A DNA stretch of 35,312 bases from Methanosarcinales archaeon ex4572_44 (GTDB lineage Archaea > Halobacteriota > Methanosarcinia > Methanosarcinales > EX4572-44), in contig NJEL02000002.1 in the NCBI GenBank assembly GCA_002254825.2, forward strand, positions 1 to 35,312, given 5' to 3'. The first letter of the stretch is position 1. Each line of letters starts with the position of its first letter. The position numbers were made by a program, and so were the translations under genes. Under the pieces are notes generated by a model that saw only the letters and a program-made list of their open reading frames with translations, searched no databases and was not told the DNA's origin. Below are positions 1 through 10,488 of the stretch, one piece after another.

Positions 1-146
1 AGGTCAGGTATCTGTGGAGCAACCACAATATCAACACCCTGTTCCGAGACCTTTTCACAGATCCTTGCTATTTCAACTGCTTTTTTACCAACGGACTCTG
101 AATAAGTCTTGAAGTTTAGGACAATGACTGGACTACTCAAACTCAT
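1..146 (-). CDS. tpiA: Triosephosphate isomerase, archaeal type (5' part; runs off the window)
   Basis: Not in the ORF track. Manual translation from ATG 146 gives MSLSSPVIVLNFKTYSESVGKKAVEIARICEKVSEQGVDIVVAPQIPD, with the NFKTY catalytic-Lys motif of archaeal TIM. Confidence 0.9.
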   Translation of the reverse strand, partial: MSLSSPVIVLNFKTYSESVGKKAVEIARICEKVSEQGVDIVVAPQIPD

Positions 147-458
147 CAATACTCACCAAGTATCAAAACGGGGTTGACCAACTATAAACTTTCCGCCTTT
201 GAATCCAAACGGGACTGTTGACCAAATCAAATAAGCAACCAGAACAGAAATCGAAGATAATGATCACTATTATTCCTATTCCAGCCATTTCGCTGTGCTT
301 CTTTATTTCACAAGTATATTTTGATTATATACTAATCAAGAGAATCTTTCAGATCCCCATTAAAACCAAATAAGTTGAGAGCCCGGATCACGCGGTTGTC
401 TCAATATTGCAGCAAGCTTATTTAGCCTTACTGAGCGTCTGTTTATATATGTTAGTGT

Positions 459-947
459 TTGGAGATGTTTTGTGTGAGATCGGATGAACTCATGAAGATC
501 CGACTGATTGCCGATTATCAGTTTGGACGTGGCACGGGCAGGCTGCTCTTTTCAGATGATGTTGCTGTGACTCACTCCAGAACAGGGCGCATCCGCCAGG
601 TATTCGAGGATGGCGAGCGGCTGGCAACTCTCCGTGCTCGCGATGGAATGCTCACCCTCAGTATCCGTGGCGCTGTAAAGCTTCACAAGTCCCTCCCATA
701 CCCCATAGTGCGGGTCGTGGTCAGTAGTGAAGCAGCACCTTTTGTTGCAGAGGGAAAAACTGCCTTTGCAAAGCATGCGATAGACGTCGATCCAGAGATT
801 CGTTCAGGCGAGGAAGTCCTGATCGTGAACGAGTCAGATGACCTGCTTGGTGTTGGAAAAGCACTGCTTGCACCCACTGAGATGCTCTCTGCCATGCGTG
901 GCGTTGGCGTAGAGACACGATTTGGAGTGGGAAAGATTGAAAAGTGA
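459..947 (+). CDS. PUA-domain RNA-binding protein (like the archaeosine tRNA-guanine transglycosylase C-terminal region); start uncertain
   Basis: IADYQFG, SRTGRIRQV, LATLRARDG and PFVAEGKTAFAKH...DPEIRSGEEVLIV motifs. Confidence 0.8.
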   Translation: MEMFCVRSDELMKIRLIADYQFGRGTGRLLFSDDVAVTHSRTGRIRQVFEDGERLATLRARDGMLTLSIRGAVKLHKSLPYPIVRVVVSSEAAPFVAEGKTAFAKHAIDVDPEIRSGEEVLIVNESDDLLGVGKALLAPTEMLSAMRGVGVETRFGVGKIEK

Positions 948-984
948 ATGGCTGCAGACTCGCTTTCCCCGGAACACGACAAGT

Positions 985-992
985 TTTAAGTA
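985..992 (+). promoter_or_regulatory. Probable TATA box of rps6e (TTTAAGTA)
   Basis: TATA-like octamer about 50 nt upstream of the ATG; the same octamer lies upstream of rpl3. Confidence 0.5.
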
Positions 993-1038
993 GAGTCGAC
1001 TGCAAGTAAGGAGACTATACTTCAAGGTGACGTATTCA

Positions 1039-1482
1039 ATGGCAGATTTCAGAGTTGTAATTTCAGACCCTTCAACAGGGAAGTCGCATCAGGTTGAGGT
1101 GAGCGGAAGCCAGGCGAACAAATTCATCACACAGAGAATAGGTGATACAATCGAGGGGGATGCTGCCGGGCTTGGCGGTTACACCCTGAAGATCACAGGT
1201 GGGAGTGATAAAGATGGTTTTTCCATGCGTCCTGACCTACCAGGTCCAGCGAGGAGAAAGTTACTCGTATCAAAGAGCACAGGTTTCAAGCCAAAGAGGG
1301 CTGGCTTGCGCAGGAGAAAGGCTTACCGCGGCAGGGAGATCTCAAGTGAGACTGGTCAGATAAATCTCGTCGTAATCGAACACGGCAGAAAGACGGTAGA
1401 CGAGATATTCGCCCCACCACAAGAAGAAACAAAAGCAGAAGAGACAGGGGAAGCAATAGAAGAAATGGTGGGCGAGGAGTGA
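1039..1482 (+). CDS. rps6e: 30S ribosomal protein S6e
   Basis: FRVVISDP...ITGGSDKDGF...GLRRRK..RG motifs; SD AGGTGA at 1025-1030 favours ATG 1039. Confidence 0.95.
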   Translation: MADFRVVISDPSTGKSHQVEVSGSQANKFITQRIGDTIEGDAAGLGGYTLKITGGSDKDGFSMRPDLPGPARRKLLVSKSTGFKPKRAGLRRRKAYRGREISSETGQINLVVIEHGRKTVDEIFAPPQEETKAEETGEAIEEMVGEE

Positions 1483-1761
1483 ACACCTCTATAATTCAAT
1501 TTATAATCACTCAAGAAACGCGCCAATAACAGGAACCGTTGTCATCGCGCTTTGTAACTGTCATCTCCGAGCATTACAGCTTAGATGACATAGTCCATGG
1601 CGCCACTCTACAACCATACTATCGCGTAGTATTGCGGAAAAAAGTCTGTTGTTGTCAGTTGAATCAAGCTTTAGTTACGCTACTGCTGGTTTCGGATTAT
1701 GGTGTAGGCAAGATTTTTGCACTGAAACGGAGAGATCTCATAGCACTGGTTGTACACAATC

Positions 1762-1769
1762 TTTAAGTA
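1762..1769 (+). promoter_or_regulatory. Probable TATA box of the L3 superoperon (TTTAAGTA)
   Basis: Identical to the rps6e octamer; would imply a 5' leader of about 220 nt. Confidence 0.45.
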
Positions 1770-2015
1770 CGATGAGTTTGTTTGGATGGGTGTTGAAGCT
1801 GTCCATTTCCGAATGAGTGATTTCGGGTTGGATTTGTGAAGTGTATGGTTGGCTGACGGTGGCGTTGGGCTGATATGCCTGTGTGTGCTTATGTCAGGCT
1901 CTATTTGCGATGACCAAAAGCGTGTATTACGTTTGTTCAGTTGGATTATACATTTTTCTATGACTATTGTCATCGGTTTCATAGATAGATACATTGTAGT
2001 GAGAGGAGTTAAGAG

Positions 2016-3029
2016 ATGCCCACCATTCATAGACCGCGGCGCGGGTCACTGGCTTATAGTCCTAGGAAGAGAGCAAAGAGTGAAGTGCCGCAGATAAAAG
2101 CCTGGCCAGAGAGTGATGAGGTGAAGTTGTTGGGCTTTGCTGGTTATAAGGCTGGGATGAGCCATGTGGTGATGCTTGATAGTAAGCCGAACAGCCCGAC
2201 TGAGGGCATGGAAGTGTCTGTCTCTGCCACTGTGGTAGAGGTTCCTGAGATGCGGGTTGCGGCAATACGTGGATATGCTAATGGCACTCATGGAAAGAGG
2301 GTGGTAGGAGAGGCGTGGGCGAGAGAGCAGGATAAAGAACTTTCGAAGAGTTTTCGTGTTCCAGATGAGGGGAATGGGAAACAGTTGGAGGATCTGGAGA
2401 AGCTGGTTGAGTCCGGGGTGATCAGTGAGCTCCGAGCAGTTCTTCACACGCGTGCCCACAAGATTACAGGCATACCGAAGAAGAAGCCTGATCTGATGGA
2501 GACCGGTATCGGTGGTGGCGAGCCTATGGCGTCTTTTGAGTTTGCAAAATCGATTCTGGGAACAACGGTGAGGATAGGTGATCTCTTCAAGGCTGGTGAT
2601 ATCATCGATGTTGTTGCGGTGACAACTGGTAAAGGAACACAGGGTCCTGTGAAGCGTTGGGGTATCAGTCTAATGAAAAACAAGCATTCCAGGGCAGGTA
2701 GTAAAAGGCAGGTAGGAAATCTTGGGCCATGGAGTCCTGCACATGTGAGTTGGAGGGTTCCACAACTTGGACAGACTGGGTATCAGCAGAGAACCGATTT
2801 TAACAAGATGATACTCAAGATCGGGGATGGTGGTGAGGAGAATATAACGCCTTCGAACGGTTTCATAAATTATGGTGTTGTTAGGAATGAGTACGTCCTG
2901 ATCAAGGGCAGTGTACCAGGCCCTGTTAAAAGGCTTATACGGATGAGACACGCGATGAGGCCGAAGGGTGAGCCAGTGGAGCCGCAGATACTGAATATAA
3001 GCCTTAAGTCTACACAAGGGGTGGGATAG
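2016..3029 (+). CDS. rpl3: 50S ribosomal protein L3
   Basis: [36 protein letters not shown]. Confidence 0.98.
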   Translation: MPTIHRPRRGSLAYSPRKRAKSEVPQIKAWPESDEVKLLGFAGYKAGMSHVVMLDSKPNSPTEGMEVSVSATVVEVPEMRVAAIRGYANGTHGKRVVGEAWAREQDKELSKSFRVPDEGNGKQLEDLEKLVESGVISELRAVLHTRAHKITGIPKKKPDLMETGIGGGEPMASFEFAKSILGTTVRIGDLFKAGDIIDVVAVTTGKGTQGPVKRWGISLMKNKHSRAGSKRQVGNLGPWSPAHVSWRVPQLGQTGYQQRTDFNKMILKIGDGGEENITPSNGFINYGVVRNEYVLIKGSVPGPVKRLIRMRHAMRPKGEPVEPQILNISLKSTQGVG

Positions 3030-3030
3030 A

Positions 3031-3783
3031 ATGGAAGTAGCTGTCTTTGATCTTACAGGTGAAAAGGCGAGGGAGATCAGGTTGCCTCTGGTATTTATGG
3101 AAGCCTATAGGCCAGACTTAATCAAGAGGGCTGTTCTTGCGGCACAGGCAAATCGTCAACAGCCTTATGGTCCACACAGGTATGCTGGCATGAATACGTC
3201 TGCTGCGAGCTGGGGTGTTGGTCGTGGTGTTTCGAGGGTTCCGCGACTCACCAATGCAAGAAGAGCGGCGCGTGTTCCGCAGGCTGTCGGTGGACGACGT
3301 GCACATCCTCCGAAGCCTGAGGCGCTGAGGGGTGAGAAGGTTAACAGGAAAGAGCGGAGAAAAGCGATTGCTTCAGCGATAGCTGCAACATGTTCAGAGG
3401 AACTTGTGGAGAGGCGCGGTCACAGGTTTGCGGGAAGTCTTCCAATAGTGGTTGTGGACGAGCTTGAATCGCTGACCCGCACGAGTGATGTCCTGGATCT
3501 TGCAATGAAGATCAATGTTCATGATGATCTTATGAGAGCGAAAAATGGGAAGAAGGTTAGAGCCGGAAAGGGTAAGATGCGGGGCAGGAGATACAAGAGA
3601 CCGAAGAGTTTTCTGATAGTTGTTAGTGAGGACAGGGGTATCATCAGGGCCGGGAGAAACCTGCCTGGTGTTGACACTGTTACTGTTCAGCAGTTGAATG
3701 CAGAACTCCTTGCACCGGGCACGGTTGCTGGCAGACTGGTCATCTGGAGTGAGTCTGCAATACATCGCCTCGGGGAGGTATAA
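3031..3783 (+). CDS. rpl4: 50S ribosomal protein L4
   Basis: [37 protein letters not shown]; operon position. Confidence 0.97.
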   Translation: MEVAVFDLTGEKAREIRLPLVFMEAYRPDLIKRAVLAAQANRQQPYGPHRYAGMNTSAASWGVGRGVSRVPRLTNARRAARVPQAVGGRRAHPPKPEALRGEKVNRKERRKAIASAIAATCSEELVERRGHRFAGSLPIVVVDELESLTRTSDVLDLAMKINVHDDLMRAKNGKKVRAGKGKMRGRRYKRPKSFLIVVSEDRGIIRAGRNLPGVDTVTVQQLNAELLAPGTVAGRLVIWSESAIHRLGEV

Positions 3784-3786
3784 CGG

Positions 3787-4038
3787 ATGAAAGCGATCAA
3801 GTATCCATTTATCACAGAGAAGGCGACACTGCATATAGATGATGATAACAAGCTCCATTTCATGGTTGACATCAACACAACAAAACGCGAGATACAACGT
3901 GAGGTTGAGAAGCTATACGATGTTGATGTGGCAGATATAAACACTATGATAACACCCAAGGGCAAGAAGAAAGCGATTGTAACATTTACAGAAGCAGGCA
4001 CTGCAAGTGAGCTTGCATCAAGACTTGGAATATTCTAA
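3787..4038 (+). CDS. rpl23: 50S ribosomal protein L23
   Basis: PFITEKA...GKKKAIV...ASRLGIF. Confidence 0.97.
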   Translation: MKAIKYPFITEKATLHIDDDNKLHFMVDINTTKREIQREVEKLYDVDVADINTMITPKGKKKAIVTFTEAGTASELASRLGIF

Positions 4039-4062
4039 ACGAAAGATGGTTGTGATGATTAT

Positions 4063-4779
4063 ATGGGAAAGAGAATAATTGCACAGAGCAGGGGTAAAGG
4101 CTCTCCCACGTACAAAGCACCCTCTCACAAGTTCAAAGCAGACCTTGAACACATCAAAACAAGGCAGGGTGAGACGGTCAAAGGCAGGATAGTGGAGCTC
4201 GTTCATGATACTGCACGTTCAGCCCCCATAGCAAAAGTTCAGCTCTCGAACAGAGAACAACACTTCATACTTGCGCCCGAAGGCGTCTCGGTTGGCGATG
4301 AGATAGCCTGTGGGGCATCGGCAGAGATCAAACAGGGCAACACGCTACCGATCTCGATGATCCCTGAAGGCATGCCGATCTGTAACGTTGAGAATCGACC
4401 ATGGGACGGTGGACGGTTTGCACGTGCATCAGGGACTTATGCAGTCCTGGTGGCTCACGATTCAGAGAAGACAGTCGTTCGGCTGCCGAGTGGCGGGATG
4501 AAATGGCTGGATCATAAGTGTCGTGCAACGATTGGGGTTGTTGCTGGTGGCGGAAGAGTGGAAAATCCACTCTTAAAGGCAGGAAAGAAGTTTCATAAGC
4601 TTAAAGCGCGAGCCAGAAAATGGCCAAGAGTTTCAGGTGTTGCGATGAACGCCGTTGACCATCCATTTGGTGGTGGTGGACGACAGCACGTAGGGCTTCC
4701 GACAACTGTGAGCAGGAACGCTCCACCAGGGCGAAAGGTCGGCTCGATTGCAGCAAGAAGAACAGGCAAGAGGCGGTAA
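4063..4779 (+). CDS. rpl2: 50S ribosomal protein L2
   Basis: [30 protein letters not shown]. Confidence 0.98.
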   Translation: MGKRIIAQSRGKGSPTYKAPSHKFKADLEHIKTRQGETVKGRIVELVHDTARSAPIAKVQLSNREQHFILAPEGVSVGDEIACGASAEIKQGNTLPISMIPEGMPICNVENRPWDGGRFARASGTYAVLVAHDSEKTVVRLPSGGMKWLDHKCRATIGVVAGGGRVENPLLKAGKKFHKLKARARKWPRVSGVAMNAVDHPFGGGGRQHVGLPTTVSRNAPPGRKVGSIAARRTGKRR

Positions 4780-4783
4780 AATT

Positions 4784-5194
4784 ATGGCAAAGAAGGGAGC
4801 GACACGATTACCGAAGAGAAAGGGCGAGTTCACGTATCGCGGCAAGCTAATGGAAGAACTGAAAAGTATGAGTATCGAAGAGTTTGCAGAAATAGTCAAT
4901 GCCCGCCCGCGAAGAAGCCTCAAGCGAGGCTTGTCTGATGATGAGAAAAAAGTGCTTGATAAGCTCAGAAGTGACGGGGTGGTACGCACACACCTTCGAG
5001 AGATGATAATACTCCCTGAGATGGTGGATCGGAAGATCTCGGTTTATAGCGGAAGGGAGTTTGTATCCGTAACAATACAGCCAGAGATGCTTGGACACCG
5101 CCTAGGAGAGTTTGCATCCACGAGAAAAATGGTGAGGCACGGCTCGGCAGGCGTTGGAGCAACCAAGTCCAGCAAGTTCGTACCGTTGAAGTGA
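4784..5194 (+). CDS. rps19: 30S ribosomal protein S19
   Basis: [26 protein letters not shown]; start moved to ATG 4784, after the L2 stop. Confidence 0.96.
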   Translation: MAKKGATRLPKRKGEFTYRGKLMEELKSMSIEEFAEIVNARPRRSLKRGLSDDEKKVLDKLRSDGVVRTHLREMIILPEMVDRKISVYSGREFVSVTIQPEMLGHRLGEFASTRKMVRHGSAGVGATKSSKFVPLK

Positions 5195-5206
5195 GGTGAA
5201 AAATAC

Positions 5207-5656
5207 TTGGCAAGGGTTAACTACTCAGTTGAAGCAGATCCCAATAATACTGCACGGGCAATGGGCTATGAGTTGCACATATCACCCAAGAAGTCAATAG
5301 AGCTCTGCAATACGCTGCGTGGCATGAAAACAACTACGGCAGGAGTTTTTCTTGAAGATGTTATCAACATGAGAAGACCTGTACCGTTCAAGAAATACAC
5401 CGCGGGTGCAGGGCACAAACCAGGCATGGGGTCTGGAAAATACCCTGTCAAGGTTGCGCGGGAGATACAGAGGTTGCTGGTGAGTGCAGAGGAGAATGCC
5501 AGATACAAGGGACTTGATCCTGAAGAGATGAAGATCATGCATATAGCAGTTAGAAAAGGTCGTGTTATACGTGGTTTCATGCCACGTGCAATGGGTCGTG
5601 CGACACCCAAGAATACAGAGACTGTGACGATTGAGATAATACTTCAGGAGGTATGA
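5207..5656 (+). CDS. rpl22: 50S ribosomal protein L22 (TTG start)
   Basis: LHISPK, GKYPVK, PRAMGRATP; SD GAGGTGA upstream. Confidence 0.96.
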   Translation: MARVNYSVEADPNNTARAMGYELHISPKKSIELCNTLRGMKTTTAGVFLEDVINMRRPVPFKKYTAGAGHKPGMGSGKYPVKVAREIQRLLVSAEENARYKGLDPEEMKIMHIAVRKGRVIRGFMPRAMGRATPKNTETVTIEIILQEV

Positions 5657-5662
5657 TTCAAG

Positions 5663-6574
5663 ATGGGTAGTGAGAAAAAATTTGTCCAGGAGGGTATAAA
5701 TCGGGCGCAGATTACAGAATATTTCATAAAACAACTGGATCGTGCCGGTTATGGTGGGATGACCATCAGCAGAACGCCTATGGGCACACAGATAACCGTC
5801 TTTGCAGAGAAACCCGGAATAATTATAGGAAAGGGTGGGCGCACGATCAGAAAGCTGACATCGGACGTAGCAGAACTATTCAATATGGACAATCCACAGA
5901 TCGATGTTCAGGAAGTGAAAGTTCCAGAGCTGAATGCCCAGATGATGGCGACACGGCTTGCAAATGCATTGGAACGTGGGATCTACTTCAGAAAAGCTGG
6001 CCATAACATGCTTCGACGGATCATGGAGTCAGGTGCTCTTGGTTGTGAGATTATTACTTCGGGTAAGTTCACTGGTTCGCGATCACGTGTCCAGAAATTT
6101 GTTGCAGGTAATATCTTGCATGCTGGAAAGCCTGCCGAGGAACTGGTTGACGATGGTTTTGCAACAGCGATCAAGAAGCTTGGGACAATCGGTTGCCGGG
6201 TGCGAATAATCCCGCCTGGTGTGGAGATTCCTGGTCAGTTCCATACAACTCCAAGAACGGTTGAAGAGGTCTCCACTGAACCTGAAAAGCCTGCCGGGGT
6301 TGTTGAGATACTGGACGAGGCAAAGGCTGAAACAACAATTGAAGAGGAGATTATAGCTGAATCACCACCTGATACAGTTGTCGAAACACCTATCGAAACG
6401 ACAGAACCTGAAAGAGAAGAAGTTAAAGCTGATCTTGAAGAGGAGGTTGTGGTTGAGGTGCCTGGCGAGGCAGATGAAGAGACACGTATGCGTGGCGAGG
6501 TGCTTGAACACAAACACAAGGAGTATGATTATTGGCACCCTGTGAGCAGGGTCCATAAGAAAGAGGCGGAGTGA
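5663..6574 (+). CDS. rps3: 30S ribosomal protein S3 with an acidic C-terminal extension
   Basis: KH motif [28 protein letters not shown]. Confidence 0.97.
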   Translation: MGSEKKFVQEGINRAQITEYFIKQLDRAGYGGMTISRTPMGTQITVFAEKPGIIIGKGGRTIRKLTSDVAELFNMDNPQIDVQEVKVPELNAQMMATRLANALERGIYFRKAGHNMLRRIMESGALGCEIITSGKFTGSRSRVQKFVAGNILHAGKPAEELVDDGFATAIKKLGTIGCRVRIIPPGVEIPGQFHTTPRTVEEVSTEPEKPAGVVEILDEAKAETTIEEEIIAESPPDTVVETPIETTEPEREEVKADLEEEVVVEVPGEADEETRMRGEVLEHKHKEYDYWHPVSRVHKKEAE

Positions 6575-6774
6575 AAATGGCGATACTCAGACCAGATGAG
6601 ATTAGGAACATGAGCCGCGAAGAAATCGCTGACGAGCTTCTGAAACTGGAGAGCGATCTTGTGACCGAGAGGGCTCTGGCATCTGCGGGCGGTGCACCAG
6701 AGAAACCAGGCCGTATACAAGAGATCAGAAGAACCATAGCCAGGATCAAGACAATACAGGGCGGGATGAGATGA
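6571..6774 (+). CDS. rpl29: 50S ribosomal protein L29
   Basis: [20 protein letters not shown] overlap with S3. Confidence 0.96.
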   Translation: MKMAILRPDEIRNMSREEIADELLKLESDLVTERALASAGGAPEKPGRIQEIRRTIARIKTIQGGMR

Positions 6775-7058
6775 AGATAACACCCTATAATCTGATATAC
6801 CATGAATTGATCGGGCTCAACCTAGCAGTAGCACGAAGCACAAACCCTTCTCAAGAGAGGATCAGCGGAATGGTTGTGGGCGAGACAAAGAACACACTCA
6901 TGATCGATACAGGTTGTGGCGAGAAGCAGATTCAGAAGAAGCACAACATATTTCACTTCAATCTCGAAGATCAGGTGGTATCGGTTGCGGGGAGCCTGCT
7001 CGTATCACGACCAGAAAACCGAATAAAAAAGAAGGGTAAGAGATATAAATTGAATTAA
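6771..7058 (+). CDS. rnp1: Ribonuclease P protein component 1 (Rpp29/Pop4)
   Basis: HELIGL...[11 protein letters not shown]...RPENRIK; canonical position between L29 and S17. Confidence 0.93.
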   Translation: MKITPYNLIYHELIGLNLAVARSTNPSQERISGMVVGETKNTLMIDTGCGEKQIQKKHNIFHFNLEDQVVSVAGSLLVSRPENRIKKKGKRYKLN

Positions 7059-7071
7059 TGTGGTATTCACT

Positions 7072-7398
7072 ATGACGAGAGATATTGGACTTGATATTCA
7101 ATCACCAGAGAAGGAGTGTGATGATGTGAAATGCCCGTTTCATGGAAGGCTCTCAGTGCGTGGGAGTCTCCTGGACGGTGTCGTGATCAGCTCCAGGATG
7201 GAGAGAACTGTTGTGGTGGAGCGGACATTTGAGAGGAAGATTCAAAAATACGAGCGATTCGAGAAACGCAGAAGCAGGATTCATGCTCATAACCCGCCAT
7301 GCATCGATGCCGTGGAGGGTGATCGTGTTCGCATAGCAGAGTGCCGCCCCTTAAGTAAGACCAAGAGCTTTGTTGTGGTGGAGGTGCAGGAGAGATGA
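7072..7398 (+). CDS. rps17: 30S ribosomal protein S17
   Basis: [29 protein letters not shown]. Confidence 0.96.
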   Translation: MTRDIGLDIQSPEKECDDVKCPFHGRLSVRGSLLDGVVISSRMERTVVVERTFERKIQKYERFEKRRSRIHAHNPPCIDAVEGDRVRIAECRPLSKTKSFVVVEVQER

Positions 7399-7793
7399 GG
7401 GGGCTTAAGGCAGCGATCCCACGATCATTGAACTCCTCTTCACGGATTGCCTGTGCAGATAATACAGGTGCACGTGTTGTTGAACTCATATCGGTCAGGG
7501 GTTATCGCGGTGTCAAGAACAGACATCCGTGTGCGGGGATAGGTGACATGATAGTCGCATCTGTTAAGAAGGGCACACCTGAGATGCGAAAACAGATTGT
7601 CAACGCTGTTGTGATACGCCAGAAGAAGGAGTTCAGACGACCTAACGGGACACGGGTATCCTTTGAGGATAATGCTGTTGTGATCACTGATGAGTCAGGT
7701 ATTCCGAAGGGCAGTGAGATAAAAGGGCCTGTTGCGAGAGAGGTTGCGGATAGATTTGGAAAGATTGCATCCACTGCCACGATAGTTGTATGA
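7395..7793 (+). CDS. rpl14: 50S ribosomal protein L14
   Basis: [22 protein letters not shown]. Confidence 0.97.
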   Translation: MRGLKAAIPRSLNSSSRIACADNTGARVVELISVRGYRGVKNRHPCAGIGDMIVASVKKGTPEMRKQIVNAVVIRQKKEFRRPNGTRVSFEDNAVVITDESGIPKGSEIKGPVAREVADRFGKIASTATIVV

Positions 7794-7800
7794 GGGATAA

Positions 7801-8166
7801 TTGATGATAGCAAGTAAACAGTCTGGAAAACAGAGAAAAGCACGTTTTACAGCACCACTTCACCAGAGGAACAGATTGATGAGTGCAATGATCTCAAGGG
7901 ATCTCAGGGAGAAACATGGGAGAAAGAGCCTTCCTGTCCGATTGGACGATACTGTCCGGGTGATGCGTGGGAATTATGCAGGTACTGAGGGAAAGGTTGT
8001 GGCAGTGAATCGCAAGAAGTATACTATTGCAGTTGAAGGTGTGGTATCTGTAAAGGCCGATGGAACAGAAGTTGCGCGTCCCATTCACCCATCCAATGTG
8101 ATGATCACCAAACTGAATCTTGAGGACGGAGAGCGAAAAGAGATACTTGAGAGGAGTGGAAGATGA
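7801..8166 (+). CDS. rpl24: 50S ribosomal protein L24
   Basis: KQRKARFTAPLH, DTVRVMRG, PIHPSNV. Confidence 0.96.
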   Translation: MMIASKQSGKQRKARFTAPLHQRNRLMSAMISRDLREKHGRKSLPVRLDDTVRVMRGNYAGTEGKVVAVNRKKYTIAVEGVVSVKADGTEVARPIHPSNVMITKLNLEDGERKEILERSGR

Positions 8167-8870
8167 GCAGACACCAGAAGAGAGTGGCAGCACCAAAGAG
8201 CTGGCCAATACCGAGAAAGACCAAGGTTTGGGTAGTCAAGTCGAATCCAGGACCGCACAGTGAAGTTAAGAGCATACCACTTGGGGTGATTATACGAGAC
8301 ATGCTCGGTCTTGCAAAAACGCTTCGAGAGGTAAAGAAGATCTTGCATGATGGAAGCGTCCTTGTTGATGGCGGTGTGCGCAGGGACTACAAGTTCCCGG
8401 TAGGACTCTTCGATGTCATAGCGATTCCGAAGATGGATAAGTATTACAGAATGCTTCTGGATCGACGAGGGCGGCTGGAGCTTCGAAGCCTTGAAGGCTC
8501 GGATACAAAAAAACTGTGCAAAGTTGTGAACAAGACCGTGTTGCCAGGCGGAAGGGTCCAGTTGAACCTGCACGATGGAACCAATCTGCTTGCAACGAAC
8601 GAGTACGGGACAGGAGACTCTTTGATCCTGTCACTACCAAGTAAGGAGATATTCAAACACCTCGAGTTCACAGAAGGGAACACTGCCATGATCATAGGTG
8701 GCAAGCACTCTGGAGAGATTGGTACGATTGCTGGAAAGCGTGTTGTGCACGGCTCAGCCTCTAACATGGTAACAGTTACGATTGGTGAACGAGAGGTTGA
8801 AACACTTGAGAGATACGTTTATGTGATAGGCGAGGATAAGCCAGAGATAATGATCGGGAGTTCACTATGA
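8163..8870 (+). CDS. rps4e: 30S ribosomal protein S4e
   Basis: HQKRVAAPKSWPI, PGPH, FPVGLFDVI, QLNLHDG. Confidence 0.97.
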   Translation: MSRHQKRVAAPKSWPIPRKTKVWVVKSNPGPHSEVKSIPLGVIIRDMLGLAKTLREVKKILHDGSVLVDGGVRRDYKFPVGLFDVIAIPKMDKYYRMLLDRRGRLELRSLEGSDTKKLCKVVNKTVLPGGRVQLNLHDGTNLLATNEYGTGDSLILSLPSKEIFKHLEFTEGNTAMIIGGKHSGEIGTIAGKRVVHGSASNMVTVTIGEREVETLERYVYVIGEDKPEIMIGSSL

Positions 8871-9376
8871 ATAACCCTATGCTGAGACCACGGATTGACA
8901 AAGTCACCGTCCACATCGGTGTGGGCGAGAGCGGTGAGCGGCTGGCAAGTGCAGAGAAGATCATGAGCGGCATAACCAGTGGTACACCTGTGCGAACCCA
9001 TGCAAAGAAGACACTGCCAGGATTTGGCATTAAAAAGAGAGAACCTATAGGTTGTAAAACAACGCTCAGGGGAAAAACCGCAGAAGAATTCCTCAAAACA
9101 TGCCTCAAAATAAACGAGAACAGGCTTGCAGTAGACCAGTTTGACGATAATGGAAACTTTGCCTTCGGTATCGAAGAGCACACCGATTTCCCAGGGATGA
9201 AGTACGACCCCAATATCGGTATCTTCGGCATGGACGTGATCGTAGCGGTCAAAAGGCCAGGTTATCGGGTCAAGCGAAGACGTGTGCAGAGATCAAAAGT
9301 ACCAACAAGGCATAAGCTCACACCAGAGGACTCCATCGCCCATATAAGAGAAGAGTTCAAGGTCGAGGTGATATAG
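8867..9376 (+). CDS. rpl5: 50S ribosomal protein L5
   Basis: NPM...IGVGESGERL, PIGCKTTLRG, FGIEEH, YDPNIGIFG. Confidence 0.97.
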   Translation: MNNPMLRPRIDKVTVHIGVGESGERLASAEKIMSGITSGTPVRTHAKKTLPGFGIKKREPIGCKTTLRGKTAEEFLKTCLKINENRLAVDQFDDNGNFAFGIEEHTDFPGMKYDPNIGIFGMDVIVAVKRPGYRVKRRRVQRSKVPTRHKLTPEDSIAHIREEFKVEVI

Positions 9377-9523
9377 ATTAGCGATAAGAAATTCGGGCGT
9401 GGCGCCAATCAATGTCGGCGCTGTGGTCGCAAACAGGGGCTTATTAGACGATATAACCTGTATCTCTGTAGACAATGCTTCAGAGAGATAGCAAGCGAGA
9501 TAGGTTTTGAAAAATACAGATGA
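9377..9523 (+). CDS. rps14: 30S ribosomal protein S14 (zinc-binding type), apparent ATT start
   Basis: Not in the ORF track. Manual translation gives (I/M)[47 protein letters not shown], 48 aa with two CxxC pairs, between L5 and S8. Confidence 0.95.
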   Translation: MSDKKFGRGANQCRRCGRKQGLIRRYNLYLCRQCFREIASEIGFEKYR

Positions 9524-9538
9524 GGTGACGTTTTATAG

Positions 9539-9928
9539 ATGTTGTTGGATCCAGTGGCAGATGCACTCTCAGCCATCAAGAATGCTGAACATGCGTCCAA
9601 AAAGGTATGCACCATCAAACCAGCATCAAAGCTGATTGGAAGAATGTTAAAGGTCATGCAGGATGCAGGGTATCTCGGAGAGTTTGAGCTCTTGGACGAT
9701 GGAAAGGCAGGTATCTTCACGGTGGAGTTGAAAGGGCAGATCAACCGATGTGGCGTGATAAAACCCAGACACGACGTGAAACACAGGGAATTTGAAGATT
9801 GGGAGAAACGATACCTTCCTGCAAGAAAATTTGGAGCACTCATACTTACAACGCCAGAGGGTGTGATGTCCCACCGCGAAGCGATAGAAAAAGGCATTGG
9901 AGGGCAACTACTCGCATACGTGTACTGA
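9539..9928 (+). CDS. rps8: 30S ribosomal protein S8
   Basis: [39 protein letters not shown]. Confidence 0.97.
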   Translation: MLLDPVADALSAIKNAEHASKKVCTIKPASKLIGRMLKVMQDAGYLGEFELLDDGKAGIFTVELKGQINRCGVIKPRHDVKHREFEDWEKRYLPARKFGALILTTPEGVMSHREAIEKGIGGQLLAYVY

Positions 9929-9947
9929 AGAGAGAGGCGATTAATAG

Positions 9948-10475
9948 ATGGAGATCAAAGCGATAGAGATCAGCATCCCTGAAAATATAACCGCAGAGGT
10001 CGGAGAGAGAACGATCACCGTCACAGGTGAAAAAGGAAGTATAGAGCGAGAGTTGTGGTATCCAGGCGTGAGTATAAGGATGAAAGATTCGAAAATAATA
10101 GTAAAAGCAGAGAAAATACGCAAAAGACAGGCTGCAATGGTCGGAACACTGGCATCCCACATCCAAAACATGATACAGGGTGTAAGCGAGGGTTACACAT
10201 ACAGGATGAAGATGGTCTTTGCACACTTCCCGATACAGTTGAGGGTTGAAGGCGATCATCTCTCCATAGCAAACTTTCTCGGAGAAAAAAAACCACGCAG
10301 CGCACGAATACACAGCGGAGTCGACGTGAAGGTTGCGGGTGATCTAATCACAGTCACAGGTATCAACAAAGAAGACGTTGGTCAGACAGCGGCAAACATC
10401 GAGCAGGCCACCAGGATAAAAGGCTTTGATCCAAGGGTCTTCCAGGACGGGATATACTTAATAGCAAAGGCATGA
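9948..10475 (+). CDS. rpl6: 50S ribosomal protein L6
   Basis: HIQNMIQGV, AHFP, NFLGEK, DPRVFQDGIY. Confidence 0.97.
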   Translation: MEIKAIEISIPENITAEVGERTITVTGEKGSIERELWYPGVSIRMKDSKIIVKAEKIRKRQAAMVGTLASHIQNMIQGVSEGYTYRMKMVFAHFPIQLRVEGDHLSIANFLGEKKPRSARIHSGVDVKVAGDLITVTGINKEDVGQTAANIEQATRIKGFDPRVFQDGIYLIAKA

Positions 10476-10488
10476 GAGGTGAAAAGGG

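Noticed and set aside
1539..2097. Short ORFs 1539..1766, 1680..2030 and 1849..2097
   Set aside because: No recognisable family or convincing SD; they overlap a probable promoter and leader.
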